Assembly: GCA_963612725.1 (NCBI GenBank)
Contig: CAVDWM010000005.1
Coordinates: 16,363 to 80,362 of the forward strand
Direction: 5' to 3'
DNA from: Faecalibacterium prausnitzii
Lineage (GTDB): Bacteria; Bacillota; Clostridia; Oscillospirales; Acutalibacteraceae
Length of the DNA stretch: 64,000 nucleotides
Position numbers and translations under genes: made by a program
Shown: one piece after another, positions 1-9,070 of the stretch
Position numbering within the stretch: the stretch's first letter is position 1
How the letters are laid out: each line of letters starts with the position of its first letter
Notes under the pieces: model-generated
Database searches by the model: none
What the model was told of the DNA's origin: nothing
Seen by the model: only the letters and a program-made list of their open reading frames with translations

Positions 1-616
1 TAATTATCTGCGCTTTGACAATCCGCTCGACTTCGGCATTCAGTATTCTCTGACGATAAACGACTTTATAAATTCGGAATTCCACTGGAAATATGTGCTC
101 ATCAATATGTATGCGTATCTTCTGAATATGCCGTATTTCACGCCCAAGACCTTCACTCATCTCGCCTCCTCCGTGGAGCGTTTCGGGCTCAACGGCTATA
201 TGTTCATTGACGATGCGGGCAAGAACCTCATCTCCGTCGGAATCATATACCGCGCCCTGCCGATATTCTCCTATCTGTTTGCGGGCAAGGCGTTGAAGCG
301 CGTCGGGAAGAAAAAGCGCATATTGCCGATGCTTCTTATCGGCGTGACCTGCATTCTAATGCCGCTCGCGATAATCTTCTCCTCGTGGGAGAGCGGCTAT
401 GCCGTGCGCTACAATGCGGATTTCTCGTGGCAGATGGTCATCGGTGCGCTCGTTGTTGCGTTCACGCTCTACAAGAGCATCAAGTCCGAGAGCACGAAGA
501 AGCTCGTCAACCTGATATTCACGGTCTCGACTGTCGCGTGTATATATGTGAACATGGCTCAGCTTATCTCGTTCGTGAGCGTTGAAAGCACCTTCTGGAC
601 AAATCTCTGGAGATAA
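1..616 (+). CDS. 5'-truncated multi-TM membrane protein (C-terminal part; possibly polysaccharide polymerase/EpsG-like)
   Basis: The frame is open from the window start (no in-frame stops from nt 2) and the ORF track covers 95..616. The translation is hydrophobic with several TM segments. Family not recognised. Confidence 0.4.
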   Translation, partial: NYLRFDNPLDFGIQYSLTINDFINSEFHWKYVLINMYAYLLNMPYFTPKTFTHLASSVERFGLNGYMFIDDAGKNLISVGIIYRALPIFSYLFAGKALKRVGKKKRILPMLLIGVTCILMPLAIIFSSWESGYAVRYNADFSWQMVIGALVVAFTLYKSIKSESTKKLVNLIFTVSTVACIYVNMAQLISFVSVESTFWTNLWR

Positions 617-792
617 AATAAAGCTAATCCGACCCTGTCTGCTCTGCGGACGGGGTCAAGATATAATATAAGGTGATATTATGGAGATAAAAAACGAAAG
701 AATAGACGGCGGCAAGGCGTTCGACCGGGGCAGATTATGCGCGCTTTCGCGATATATACCCGACTGAGTTCGATGTCCTCCGCTTCGCCGCT

Positions 793-821
793 TGACAAAT
801 TCCGCGCCGGCTGATATAATA
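793..821 (+). promoter_or_regulatory. sigma70-like promoter: TTGACA, 17-nt spacer, TATAAT, upstream of pnuC
   Basis: ttgacaaattccgcgccggctgatataat is read directly in the sequence. It is followed by a leader of about 100 nt with hairpins and a U-run ending at GGAGG-ATG. Confidence 0.4.
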
Positions 822-928
822 CCCCAAAACTAATAAGTAGATTGCCACCGGGTAATGAAGCATTCGTATCTCGTCGTTAGGTCTTAGAAGACGGGATGGC
901 GGGTGCTTATTTTTTTTGGAGGTACAGC

Positions 929-1636
929 ATGAAAAACTATCAGAATCCGTTTAAGACATTCAAAAAGCACGAATGGGCAATTTGGTTCGGGTCGCTTATT
1001 CTGGTTACGGTCTCGTTTATGTTTCCGCAGGAGCGGGATTATCTCACTCTTATAGCGTCGCTCATCGGCGTCACTTCGCTTATACTCAACGCAAAGGGCG
1101 ACCCGCTCGGCCAGGTACTGACAGTCGTGTTCAGCATATTCTATTCCGTGATTTCTTTTAAGTTTCGCTACTACGGAGAGATGATAACCTATCTCGGCAT
1201 GACTGCGCCGATTGCTCTCGCGGCGGCTATATCATGGTTTCGTCATCCGTATAAAGAGGGCGAAAACGAGGTGAAAGTGGCGCATGTCGGGGCGAAAGAG
1301 TGGGCGGTGCTGATTATTCTTACTGCGGCGGTGACTGCGGCGTTCTATTTTATTCTGAAATATTTCAACACCGCGAAGCTCGCGATAAGCACCGTCTCTG
1401 TCGCAACGAGCTTTATCGCCGCGTCGCTCACACTCCTGCGCTCGCCGCTCTATGGGATCGGCTACGCCGCAAACGATGTTGTGCTGATTATTATGTGGAT
1501 AATGGCGACTGTCGACGAACCGTCATATCTGCCGATGATAGTCTGCTTCTCGGTGTTCTTTGTCAATGACTGCTACGGCTTTATCAACTGGCGAAAGATC
1601 AGGCAGCACCAGGGAGATACCGCCCGAGCGCAGTGA
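929..1636 (+). CDS. pnuC: PnuC-family nicotinamide riboside transporter
   Basis: Polytopic membrane protein of about 235 aa whose composition and length fit the NMN_transporter family (C-terminal ...FVNDCYGFINWRK). I chose the start at MKNYQ (GGAGG, 6 nt, ATG) instead of the ORF-track start at 896. Confidence 0.65.
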   Translation: MKNYQNPFKTFKKHEWAIWFGSLILVTVSFMFPQERDYLTLIASLIGVTSLILNAKGDPLGQVLTVVFSIFYSVISFKFRYYGEMITYLGMTAPIALAAAISWFRHPYKEGENEVKVAHVGAKEWAVLIILTAAVTAAFYFILKYFNTAKLAISTVSVATSFIAASLTLLRSPLYGIGYAANDVVLIIMWIMATVDEPSYLPMIVCFSVFFVNDCYGFINWRKIRQHQGDTARAQ

Positions 1637-1823
1637 ATTTGTACGAATAGTCCGCTATCTCGAGCGTGCGGTCGGGTTTTTGGATGGCGATGAAGATAAA
1701 GTGATATTCGCAGTTTTTTGGGAAGTGTGTTGAAATCCTCAGTACAGGTGTGGCTCCGTTTTTGTTGCGCCTTTTTCCGATGTGTGGTATACTTTGAGAT
1801 ATAAACCTTACGGAGGAAGAAAT

Positions 1824-3674
1824 ATGCAGTGTGTTCTCTCTGCCCTCGTGGCGATTATTATCGCGTTCGCGCCGGTGTTCAATATCCCGCTGACCGTTGT
1901 GCCGCCCAAAGGTGAGCTGCCGCACGAGAGCGAGCCCGCGCCGTCGGAGTTCTCGTTATATGACAGGGTTGTCGGCGTTGACGACTCGGTGTTTTATATC
2001 TCCCGCCCGAATGCGGAAAAGCTGAAAACGGTCTGCGCTTCAAGCTTCGGCATGGACGGTGACGCGCAGGACAACACGGACGCTTTCTGCCGTGCGGTTG
2101 ATTACTGCCGCAGAAATCCGGGCACGCGCCTTGTTATAGCCGCCGGAGAATACCGCTTTTCGCCGCAGAATACTATCTCCTTAAATTCGCTCAGAGATGT
2201 TCTCATTGATGCCGAGGGCGCAGTGTTCGTCTTTGACTGCGACAGATATTTCGAGATAAGCGGATGCGAAAATTTTGAGATAAAGGGGCTCGGTATCGAC
2301 TGGGCTTGGGACGAATCCCGTCTCGCCTCCGTTGTGAAGATTGAGAATCGGGATGCGGAAAAGCATACCTTTGATATGCGTTTTACCGAGCTTGACGAGG
2401 TGTCGGAGGATGTCGCCGTCATGGCGATGACTCAGCTCGACCCCAGGACGCTGACCCTCGGCGCGGCGGGCGAGAGCAAGGAAAACTATATTTATCAGCA
2501 CCCCGAGATAATCAAAAGCATCGAAAAAGTCGGCAAAAATGTTCTGAGAGTGACTCACGACGGCTCTCTCGACGAGTTCAAAAACCGCGAATATTATCTC
2601 GTGCGCCACTATGTCTACGGCTCGCAGGTGTTCTCGGTCTGCGGCATGTCGGAAAATATTACTTTTGACGGCGTGAAGATATATTCCGCCGCCGGTATGG
2701 GCTGGCTCTTCACTCAGCGCGTCAGCCGCTATCAGATACTGGCTTCGTCCATAGGCATCCGCCCGGGATATGAAAAAACACGCCACATCTCGGCGACCGC
2801 CGACGGCGTGCATATCGCAGACACGAACGGGCATTTCCGCGTCTCCGGCTGCGATTTCAGCTATATGGGCGACGACTCGCTCAATGTCCACGACAATCTC
2901 CTCTATATAAAACAGCGCGTGTCCGACAGTGCGCTCACGGTATATGCGAATCAATATCTGCTGAACATCGGCGACACGATGAAATTCAAGCTCGGCACCT
3001 ATGCCGACATAGACTTTGAAGCGAAGATAACCGACATTTCCGCCGACGGCGTGATAAGCTTCGACAGGACGCTGCCCGATGAAATAACCGCCGACACAAT
3101 AATGTATATCGCCGACTGCGACAGCGGAAATTATGTCATTTCAAACAACTATTTCCACGAGCACCGCGCACGCGGGCTGCTGCTCCAGAGCGACAACGGG
3201 CTCTGCGAGAACAACCGATTCTATAAAATAATGGGTCAGCAGATAAAAATCGTTATGGACATCATGCCCGGTCTCTGGTATGAGGGCACGGGGGTCAACA
3301 ATCTCGTTATCAGGAACAACGAGTTCAGGCTGGGCTGCTACAGCGGCTGGGATTCCGCCATCAGAATAGAGACAAATATCGCAGGCAAGAAGGCTCAGGT
3401 CGCAGCGTTTTCAAATATCGTCATCGACTCCAACCGCTTCATAAACTGCGAAAATTATATACTCCGCGCCGACAATGTTTCGGGCTTGAATATCACAAAT
3501 AACAGAATAATCAACACTCGGATTATCGACGGAGTTGATTTAAGGCGCGGGCGCATCCGCCTCGGCGACTGCTGCTCGGCTGTGAAGATAAGCGGCAACC
3601 GCTGGAACAAAACGCCGCTCGCTCCGTTCGGCGACATAATCGCCCTTGACCACGGACTCGAAGCGTTTCTTTGA
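1824..3674 (+). CDS. Secreted right-handed parallel beta-helix repeat protein (pectin-lyase fold; glycoside hydrolase/polysaccharide lyase-like)
   Basis: N-terminal signal peptide (MQCVLSALVAIIIAFAPVF). Repeated NN.F/NN.I beta-helix motifs (NNYFHEHRARGLLLQSDNGLCENNRF; ITNNRIINTRI). GGAGG RBS before the ATG at 1824. Confidence 0.6.
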   Translation: MQCVLSALVAIIIAFAPVFNIPLTVVPPKGELPHESEPAPSEFSLYDRVVGVDDSVFYISRPNAEKLKTVCASSFGMDGDAQDNTDAFCRAVDYCRRNPGTRLVIAAGEYRFSPQNTISLNSLRDVLIDAEGAVFVFDCDRYFEISGCENFEIKGLGIDWAWDESRLASVVKIENRDAEKHTFDMRFTELDEVSEDVAVMAMTQLDPRTLTLGAAGESKENYIYQHPEIIKSIEKVGKNVLRVTHDGSLDEFKNREYYLVRHYVYGSQVFSVCGMSENITFDGVKIYSAAGMGWLFTQRVSRYQILASSIGIRPGYEKTRHISATADGVHIADTNGHFRVSGCDFSYMGDDSLNVHDNLLYIKQRVSDSALTVYANQYLLNIGDTMKFKLGTYADIDFEAKITDISADGVISFDRTLPDEITADTIMYIADCDSGNYVISNNYFHEHRARGLLLQSDNGLCENNRFYKIMGQQIKIVMDIMPGLWYEGTGVNNLVIRNNEFRLGCYSGWDSAIRIETNIAGKKAQVAAFSNIVIDSNRFINCENYILRADNVSGLNITNNRIINTRIIDGVDLRRGRIRLGDCCSAVKISGNRWNKTPLAPFGDIIALDHGLEAFL

Positions 3675-3740
3675 AAAGCAGCCTGTGCCCGTACCGATAA
3701 CCGTGCGGTCATATGGGCATAAATCGGGAGAGACAAACGC

Positions 3741-4325
3741 ATGAACAAAAAGGAGATCGCCGCATTCTTCGACCGCATGGCGCCCGAGTGGGACGCCAAC
3801 ATGATAAAGAGCGACGAAAAGATAAATTTCATACTTGACGCCGCCGGAGTGAAGGAAAATTCCGTTGTGCTCGACGTTGCCTGCGGCACGGGAGTTATGT
3901 TCCCGTATTATCTCGCACGGGGTGCGGGGCGCGTTATCGGCGTTGATATTTCGGCTCAGATGGCGCGAATTGCCGCGTCAAAGCTGCACGACCAGAGGGT
4001 CGAGGTAATTTGCGGCGATGTTGAAGAAATTCCTGTCGAGCGCCTGTGCGACTGCTGCGTTGTCTACAACGCATTCCCGCATTTTGAAAGTCCGGAGAGG
4101 CTCGTTGAGAGGCTGTCCCACTGGCTTAAAAGCGGCGGGCGGCTGACCGTGGCGCACGGCATGAGCCTTGACGCGCTGCGTTTGCACCACAGGGGCAGAG
4201 CGGACAGCGTTTCGCGTGAGATGCTGACTGCCGAGGAACTGTCCGCAGTGTTCGCGCCGTATTTTGATGTTGACATCGCCGTCTCGGACGACGAAAAATT
4301 TGTGGTCTCCGGCGCAAAAAGATAA
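3741..4325 (+). CDS. Class I SAM-dependent methyltransferase
   Basis: Motif I VLDVACGTGV followed by an acidic loop (VIGVDIS), typical of the Methyltransf_11/25 fold. Confidence 0.75.
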   Translation: MNKKEIAAFFDRMAPEWDANMIKSDEKINFILDAAGVKENSVVLDVACGTGVMFPYYLARGAGRVIGVDISAQMARIAASKLHDQRVEVICGDVEEIPVERLCDCCVVYNAFPHFESPERLVERLSHWLKSGGRLTVAHGMSLDALRLHHRGRADSVSREMLTAEELSAVFAPYFDVDIAVSDDEKFVVSGAKR

Positions 4326-4336
4326 ATAATATTACG

Positions 4337-4362
4337 GACTGCCCTCGGCGGCAGTCTTTTTT
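4337..4362 (+). terminator. Rho-independent terminator (GACTGCC-ctcg-GGCAGTC + T6)
   Basis: Perfect 7-bp stem followed by TTTTTT immediately after the methyltransferase stop. A second strong hairpin (GCCTCGGGACG/CGTCCCGAGGC) follows at about 4368-4400. Confidence 0.55.
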
Positions 4363-4435
4363 AATGCGCAAAGCCTCGGGACGATACCGTCCCGAGGCTT
4401 CGCAGAAGAGTCATGATAAAAGAGAGGTTGTCTGT

Positions 4436-5557
4436 TTAAATAAGTTTGACGGCAATGACTGTCAGCGCGGCAACTGCCGCAAGAGCGGCAAGCGCCTTTG
4501 CTATTATCGGCTTCGCCATATCCACGGTCGTGGGGACTATGCGCCATATTGCGTCCTTTATCGGCGTGTTGAGCCTGCCGTCGCAGAGCTGCTCATATGT
4601 TTTGGTATAGGTTTTATAATTGCGCGGATCGTTTTCGTCGAGGACGAAGCAGCGCACACCGCGCTGTTTGCCGTTGCCGTAGACATTGAAGCCCGCCGAC
4701 TGAGTGAAGCCGACATCGATGTTTTTCACTTTTCCGACATATGAATTTTTGTGGTCGTGACCTACATATACGCCGAGCACATCGCCCTTTTCGCTGAGAG
4801 CCTCGAACTCGCCGGTGTTGATATCGGGTATCGACGGCGGCTCTAACAGGACAGAACCCTCAACGCATTTGGTTTCATCTATTTTGTAATACTCGCCCTT
4901 GTGTATTCTGAACGCCGGTATCGCGCCCTTTTCGCGCTTGCCGACTCTTTTGAGGACATTGTAGTGCTCGAACATCGGTATGTGCTGGAACACGAGGGAC
5001 GGAACACAGTCTCCGTTTTCGGCTTGCAGTCCGTCGCGTTTGTTCCTGTACCAGTCTATTATCTGCGGGTCAAACGGCTCATATCCGCCGCCCTTCGCGT
5101 CCGTTCCGCTGTCGAAAAGATAGAGGTTGAACGCGGTGCGCCCGCCGTCGGAGGACAAGATCGGTATATTATATGTTCCGCCTCCGTCTATCCCCTCCGC
5201 CTGCTCGCCCACGCATCCGGGCAGAGCTTTGTATATCTTTTCAAACTGGTCTTTGTTGCTTATCCCGACCTGCCTGTCGTGGTTGCCGAAGGTGACGGCG
5301 AACGGAATATGCCTGTCGGTCACTGGCTTTAAGAGCTTGCCAATAGTCTCAGCGACGCTTTCCGTGAGCGCGTCGCCCTTGCCCTTATATGAGACTCCGT
5401 AGCCCTTTATCTGATCGCCGGTGAGCACGACGAGATCGGGCTTCTCCTCTTCGAGAGCCGCTTCGATGAGCTTTATTGTATCCGGCGACACATCCGGTAT
5501 CTCCTGGATATCGGTTATCTGCATTATTTTAAATTTTCCGTCGGAGTTGAAGCGCAT
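4436..5557 (-). CDS. Calcineurin-like metallophosphoesterase with C-terminal TM anchor
   Basis: Motifs GDQ.. and GNHD, plus a C-terminal hydrophobic helix (IIAKALAALAAVAALTVIAV). Start set at MRFNSDG (GGGGAG RBS); the 65 codons upstream in the ORF look non-coding. Confidence 0.7.
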   Translation of the reverse strand: MRFNSDGKFKIMQITDIQEIPDVSPDTIKLIEAALEEEKPDLVVLTGDQIKGYGVSYKGKGDALTESVAETIGKLLKPVTDRHIPFAVTFGNHDRQVGISNKDQFEKIYKALPGCVGEQAEGIDGGGTYNIPILSSDGGRTAFNLYLFDSGTDAKGGGYEPFDPQIIDWYRNKRDGLQAENGDCVPSLVFQHIPMFEHYNVLKRVGKREKGAIPAFRIHKGEYYKIDETKCVEGSVLLEPPSIPDINTGEFEALSEKGDVLGVYVGHDHKNSYVGKVKNIDVGFTQSAGFNVYGNGKQRGVRCFVLDENDPRNYKTYTKTYEQLCDGRLNTPIKDAIWRIVPTTVDMAKPIIAKALAALAAVAALTVIAVKLI

Positions 5558-5559
5558 CT

Positions 5560-6096
5560 TCACTCCCCCTGTTCCGCGTCGGGCTTCTTCTTTCTGTGGA
5601 TAACGAACCTGTTGAGCGGATATGTCCAGAGGGTCGGCACGGTCATGACGACGACCTTTGTCAGCAGCTCGATGAGCGCGTTGCTGCGTCCGCTGTTCTT
5701 TATGAGCGTGCCGAGGAATGCGCCGAACCAGGTGTTGAAAACAATCGTGCAAACGACCATTATCGCATACAAAACAGTCGAGAGCAGCGGATTCGCGTCC
5801 GCCTTAAAGGTTATCTTTCTGTTCATGACGAACGCTATCGCGTAGCCGACGACGGTCGAGATGAAATACGAATACATATAGCCCTTATACTCGACTCCGA
5901 GGAACGCGAGAACGGGGCTGTCCGTCACGGGGACATCGTTGAGGGCCTTGAACACGACATACTGGAGCAGAGCGAACACGCCGAGCTCTATCAGCGACGA
6001 TGACATGCCTGCAAAAGTGAATTTTATGAATTTCCATATCTCCGCGTGCTTTTCAAAAAAGCTTCCGCCCTTCTCGGCGGCACTTGTTTCTTTCAT
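5560..6096 (-). CDS. GtrA-family membrane protein (polysaccharide-synthesis associated)
   Basis: About 175 aa with 4 TM segments, a FxxVGxxxxxxxxxxxY-type core and a basic C-terminus. Its stop abuts the phosphoesterase start. Confidence 0.7.
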   Translation of the reverse strand: MKETSAAEKGGSFFEKHAEIWKFIKFTFAGMSSSLIELGVFALLQYVVFKALNDVPVTDSPVLAFLGVEYKGYMYSYFISTVVGYAIAFVMNRKITFKADANPLLSTVLYAIMVVCTIVFNTWFGAFLGTLIKNSGRSNALIELLTKVVVMTVPTLWTYPLNRFVIHRKKKPDAEQGE

Positions 6097-6285
6097 GACT
6101 TTAACGACCGGACGCGTGCGTTTTCGTTGTTTATATGTCCGGTTTCTCCCTTCCGCTATCAGTTTAACCCGCAGGACGCCGAAGCATCAACCGACTTTTG
6201 GTAAAGCGAAAGTAAAATCCGTGTAAACAAATGAGCCCGCTGTCCGCAAGCTCTTTTATGAAATTATGTTTGTTGATATTCGCCG

Positions 6286-7365
6286 TCATTTGAAAAGCCG
6301 GTCGTAATCATAAGATTTTATCAAACTGTCGGCATTCCTTTCGTATTCGGCGAGATTCTCTTCTGTGATGCGGTATTCGTCATTCTTCTTCCACTGCAGC
6401 ATCTGTGAGTTCACCCATTCGCCGTAGTGCTTCGCATCCTTGTAATTATCGAGGTTGCATATGAGCTCGGAGTTGCCGCGGAATGAATACAGTCTGACAT
6501 TATCATATTTCAAAAGCTCTTTTGTTATCAGATTTTCGGCTTCGAGCGTCCTGTCGAGCTGACCGTTATTTATCTCCATGCCCCAATGCGCTATACTGTA
6601 AGGCGGATAAAAGAAATAGAATGTAGTCTCGGGATGCGCTTTAACAATACTGATAACATTTTCATTGAGATTTTCCGTTACAACGGCGCGGTCGGAGTCG
6701 GTCAGCTGCTGCATCTTGCTTGCAGAGGCGTTGAGCTCGCACGACCTTATAACCTCGTCGCGCCCGTATTCATAGCCGGCGCTCCAGTTTTCATAAACAT
6801 CAAACGAGGTTGCCGCTCTGCCCGTAACCGTTGATTTCACAACGCTTCCGGCGAGCTTGATAACGACCGGGTCGAAGAAATATTTTATATCGTCGAGGCT
6901 GCTGTCGTTATACAGATAGTCCGGAAAATCGCCCTTTTCGGTATAGCGATAATTCTTTCCGTAGATCATCTTGTCATAGTCAAGACCCCATATGACATAT
7001 TCGATGTCGTGTCCGGAATCATACGCCGCCTTGAGATTGTCGCCTATTTCCGTATATCCGCCGCCGGAGAACGCGACCTTTATAAAATCAGAGCCGAAGA
7101 GCTTCTGAGCCTCGCTCGTCTTGAAATTTTCCGTCATGGATGTTCCGGTGATGACCGAATCATAGTCAAAGTGCCTGGCTATTCCGTTATTCTGATAGCG
7201 CTCGTTCACAAGCGGATACGACAGAAACTTCAGCGGAGCATGATAATGGAACATCGGATCTATTGCGAATATAGACAAAATGAATATAAGCACCGCCGCC
7301 ACTGCAGCCGCCGCTATTCCGATTATCCATTTAACGGCAGTATTTTTTCTTTTCCCTGTCTTCAT
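6286..7365 (-). CDS. N-terminally membrane-anchored extracytoplasmic protein, DltD/AlgX-like (SGNH-fold?) hypothetical
   Basis: A single N-terminal TM helix (WIIGIAAAAVAAVLIFILSIFAI) followed by an extracellular domain of about 320 aa. The size and topology resemble DltD-like O-acyltransferase partners. Weak call. Confidence 0.35.
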   Translation of the reverse strand: MKTGKRKNTAVKWIIGIAAAAVAAVLIFILSIFAIDPMFHYHAPLKFLSYPLVNERYQNNGIARHFDYDSVITGTSMTENFKTSEAQKLFGSDFIKVAFSGGGYTEIGDNLKAAYDSGHDIEYVIWGLDYDKMIYGKNYRYTEKGDFPDYLYNDSSLDDIKYFFDPVVIKLAGSVVKSTVTGRAATSFDVYENWSAGYEYGRDEVIRSCELNASASKMQQLTDSDRAVVTENLNENVISIVKAHPETTFYFFYPPYSIAHWGMEINNGQLDRTLEAENLITKELLKYDNVRLYSFRGNSELICNLDNYKDAKHYGEWVNSQMLQWKKNDEYRITEENLAEYERNADSLIKSYDYDRLFK

Positions 7366-7457
7366 GTTGCCACCCCATCATACCTTTTGTTGATATCTCG
7401 ATTTTAGCACAATTCTTATAAATACTCAAGCCTTTCATTATTTGACTCTGCGCCGTG

Positions 7458-7490
7458 AAAAAATCAGCCCCGCTCGGGCGGGGCTTTTCC
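7458..7490. terminator. Bidirectional intrinsic terminator (A6-AGCCCCGC-tcgg-GCGGGGCT-T4), downstream of serS
   Basis: GC-rich 8-bp stem flanked by an A-run and a T-run, read directly. Confidence 0.6.
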
Positions 7491-7503
7491 GTTATACTTC
7501 TAT

Positions 7504-8784
7504 TCAGCCGCCTATTTTCTCCTTGCCGCCCATATACGGTCTGAGGGCTTCGGGGATATTGACACTGCCGTCGGCGTTCAGGTTGTTTTCGAGGAACGCT
7601 ATGAGCATTCTCGGCGGGGCAACAACGGTGTTGTTGAGCGTGTGGGCAAAGTGCTTGCCGTCCTTGCCGTTGATGCGTATTTTCAGTCTGCGCGCCTGTG
7701 CGTCGCCGAGGTTCGAGCAGGAGCCGACCTCGAAATACTTCTTCTGTCTGGGCGACCACGCCTCGACATCTATAGACTTGACCTTGAGATCCGCGAGGTC
7801 ACCCGAGCAGCACTCGAGCGTGCGCACCGGAATATCGAGAGTGCGGAAGAAATCGACCGTATTCTGCCAGAGCCTGTCGAACCACATCTTGCTGTCCTCC
7901 GGCTCGCAGACGACTATCATCTCCTGCTTCTCGAACTGGTGGATGCGGTAAACGCCGCGCTCCTCTATGCCGTGAGCGCCCTTCTCCTTGCGGAAGCAGG
8001 GAGAGTAGCTCGTGAGGGTAAGCGGCAAGGTCTCGGGCTGGATTATTGTGTCGATAAACTTGCCTATCATAGAATGCTCGCTCGTGCCGATGAGATAGAG
8101 ATCCTCGCCCTCGATTTTATACATCATCGCGTCCATCTCGGCAAAGCTCATAACGCCGGTGACGACATCGCTCCTTATCATGAACGGCGGCACGCAATAG
8201 GTAAATCCGCGGTCGATCATGAAGTCGCGTGCGTAGGAAATGACTGCCGAATGAAGTCTGGCGATATCGCCCATGAGATAATAGAAGCCGTTGCCCGCGA
8301 CTTTTCTTGCGGAGTCGAGGTCGATGCCGCTCATCCTCTCCATTATCTCGGTGTGGTACGGCACCTCGAAATCGGGCACTACGGGCTCGCCGAAGCGCTG
8401 AATTTCAACATTCTCGCTGTCGTCGCGGCCTATCGGCACGCTCGGGTCGATTATATTCGGGATGACCATCATTATCTTCTTTATCTTCTCGCCGAGCTCC
8501 TCCTCAAGCGTCTCAAGCTCGGCAAGTCTTGCGGCGTTCGCGCCGACCTGAGCCTTCACCTCTTCCGCCTCGTCGCGCTTGCCCTGCGCCATGAGCGCTC
8601 CTATCTGCTTTGACAGGCGGTTGCGGCTGCCGCGCAGCTCGTCTGCCTCGCCCTTTGCGGCGCGGCAGAGCCTGTCAAGCTCAATGACCTCATCGACGAG
8701 CGGAAGCTTCTGATCCTGAAACTTCTTTTTGATGTTTTCTTTGACAATTTCGGGGTTTTCTCTGACAAATCTGAGATCCAGCAT
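7504..8784 (-). CDS. serS: Seryl-tRNA synthetase
   Basis: Full-length class II aaRS. N-terminal coiled coil, then motifs FRKE..G and GSCSN...RR, 426 aa. Start at MLDLRF (AGGAGGA, 8 nt, ATG). Confidence 0.92.
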   Translation of the reverse strand: MLDLRFVRENPEIVKENIKKKFQDQKLPLVDEVIELDRLCRAAKGEADELRGSRNRLSKQIGALMAQGKRDEAEEVKAQVGANAARLAELETLEEELGEKIKKIMMVIPNIIDPSVPIGRDDSENVEIQRFGEPVVPDFEVPYHTEIMERMSGIDLDSARKVAGNGFYYLMGDIARLHSAVISYARDFMIDRGFTYCVPPFMIRSDVVTGVMSFAEMDAMMYKIEGEDLYLIGTSEHSMIGKFIDTIIQPETLPLTLTSYSPCFRKEKGAHGIEERGVYRIHQFEKQEMIVVCEPEDSKMWFDRLWQNTVDFFRTLDIPVRTLECCSGDLADLKVKSIDVEAWSPRQKKYFEVGSCSNLGDAQARRLKIRINGKDGKHFAHTLNNTVVAPPRMLIAFLENNLNADGSVNIPEALRPYMGGKEKIGG

Positions 8785-8802
8785 TTTTATATCCTCCTGC
8801 AT

Positions 8803-9040
8803 AATATTTAATAAAAAACGCCCTCAGAACGACTCCCGCCGTCCCAAGGGTGCAATAAGCACGGTACCACCTTGTGTTTAACTCTCCGCCCATAACGCGG
8901 GCACACGGCGGGACTCCTCGTCCTGCGGCTCAAAAGCGGAATAGACCCTGCGGACGAAGGAAACTCGCAGCAAACATTTCCCTCTCTGATCGTCCCGAAA
9001 AGATCCGTGTTCTTCGTCACAGCCTTTGTAATATGGGATT
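8803..9040 (-). promoter_or_regulatory. T-box riboswitch leader of serS (with terminator hairpin and U6)
   Basis: On the minus strand: AGAGA bulge (GATCAGAGAGGG), a stem I (GACGAAG...CTTCGTC) with a UCC-containing loop, the T-box sequence AAGGTGGTACCGTG (consensus AGGGUGGNACCGCG), and a downstream hairpin followed by TTTTTT. Confidence 0.6.
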
Positions 9041-9070
9041 ATTATACCCCGAAGAAAATTCAAAGTCAAG
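9040..9070 (-). promoter_or_regulatory. Promoter TTGACT, 17 nt, TATAAT driving the serS T-box leader
   Basis: The reverse complement reads cgggcTTGACTttgaattttcttcggggTATAATaatc. Confidence 0.45.

Noticed and set aside
2181-2954. 257-aa minus-strand ORF
   Set aside because: Antisense to the beta-helix protein gene.
4436-5752. Full 438-aa extent of the phosphoesterase ORF
   Set aside because: The first 65 codons are Arg/His-rich with no RBS. A GGGGAG RBS precedes the internal Met (MRFNSDG), so the gene was shortened to 4436..5557.
7642-8613. 323-aa plus-strand ORF
   Set aside because: Antisense to serS.
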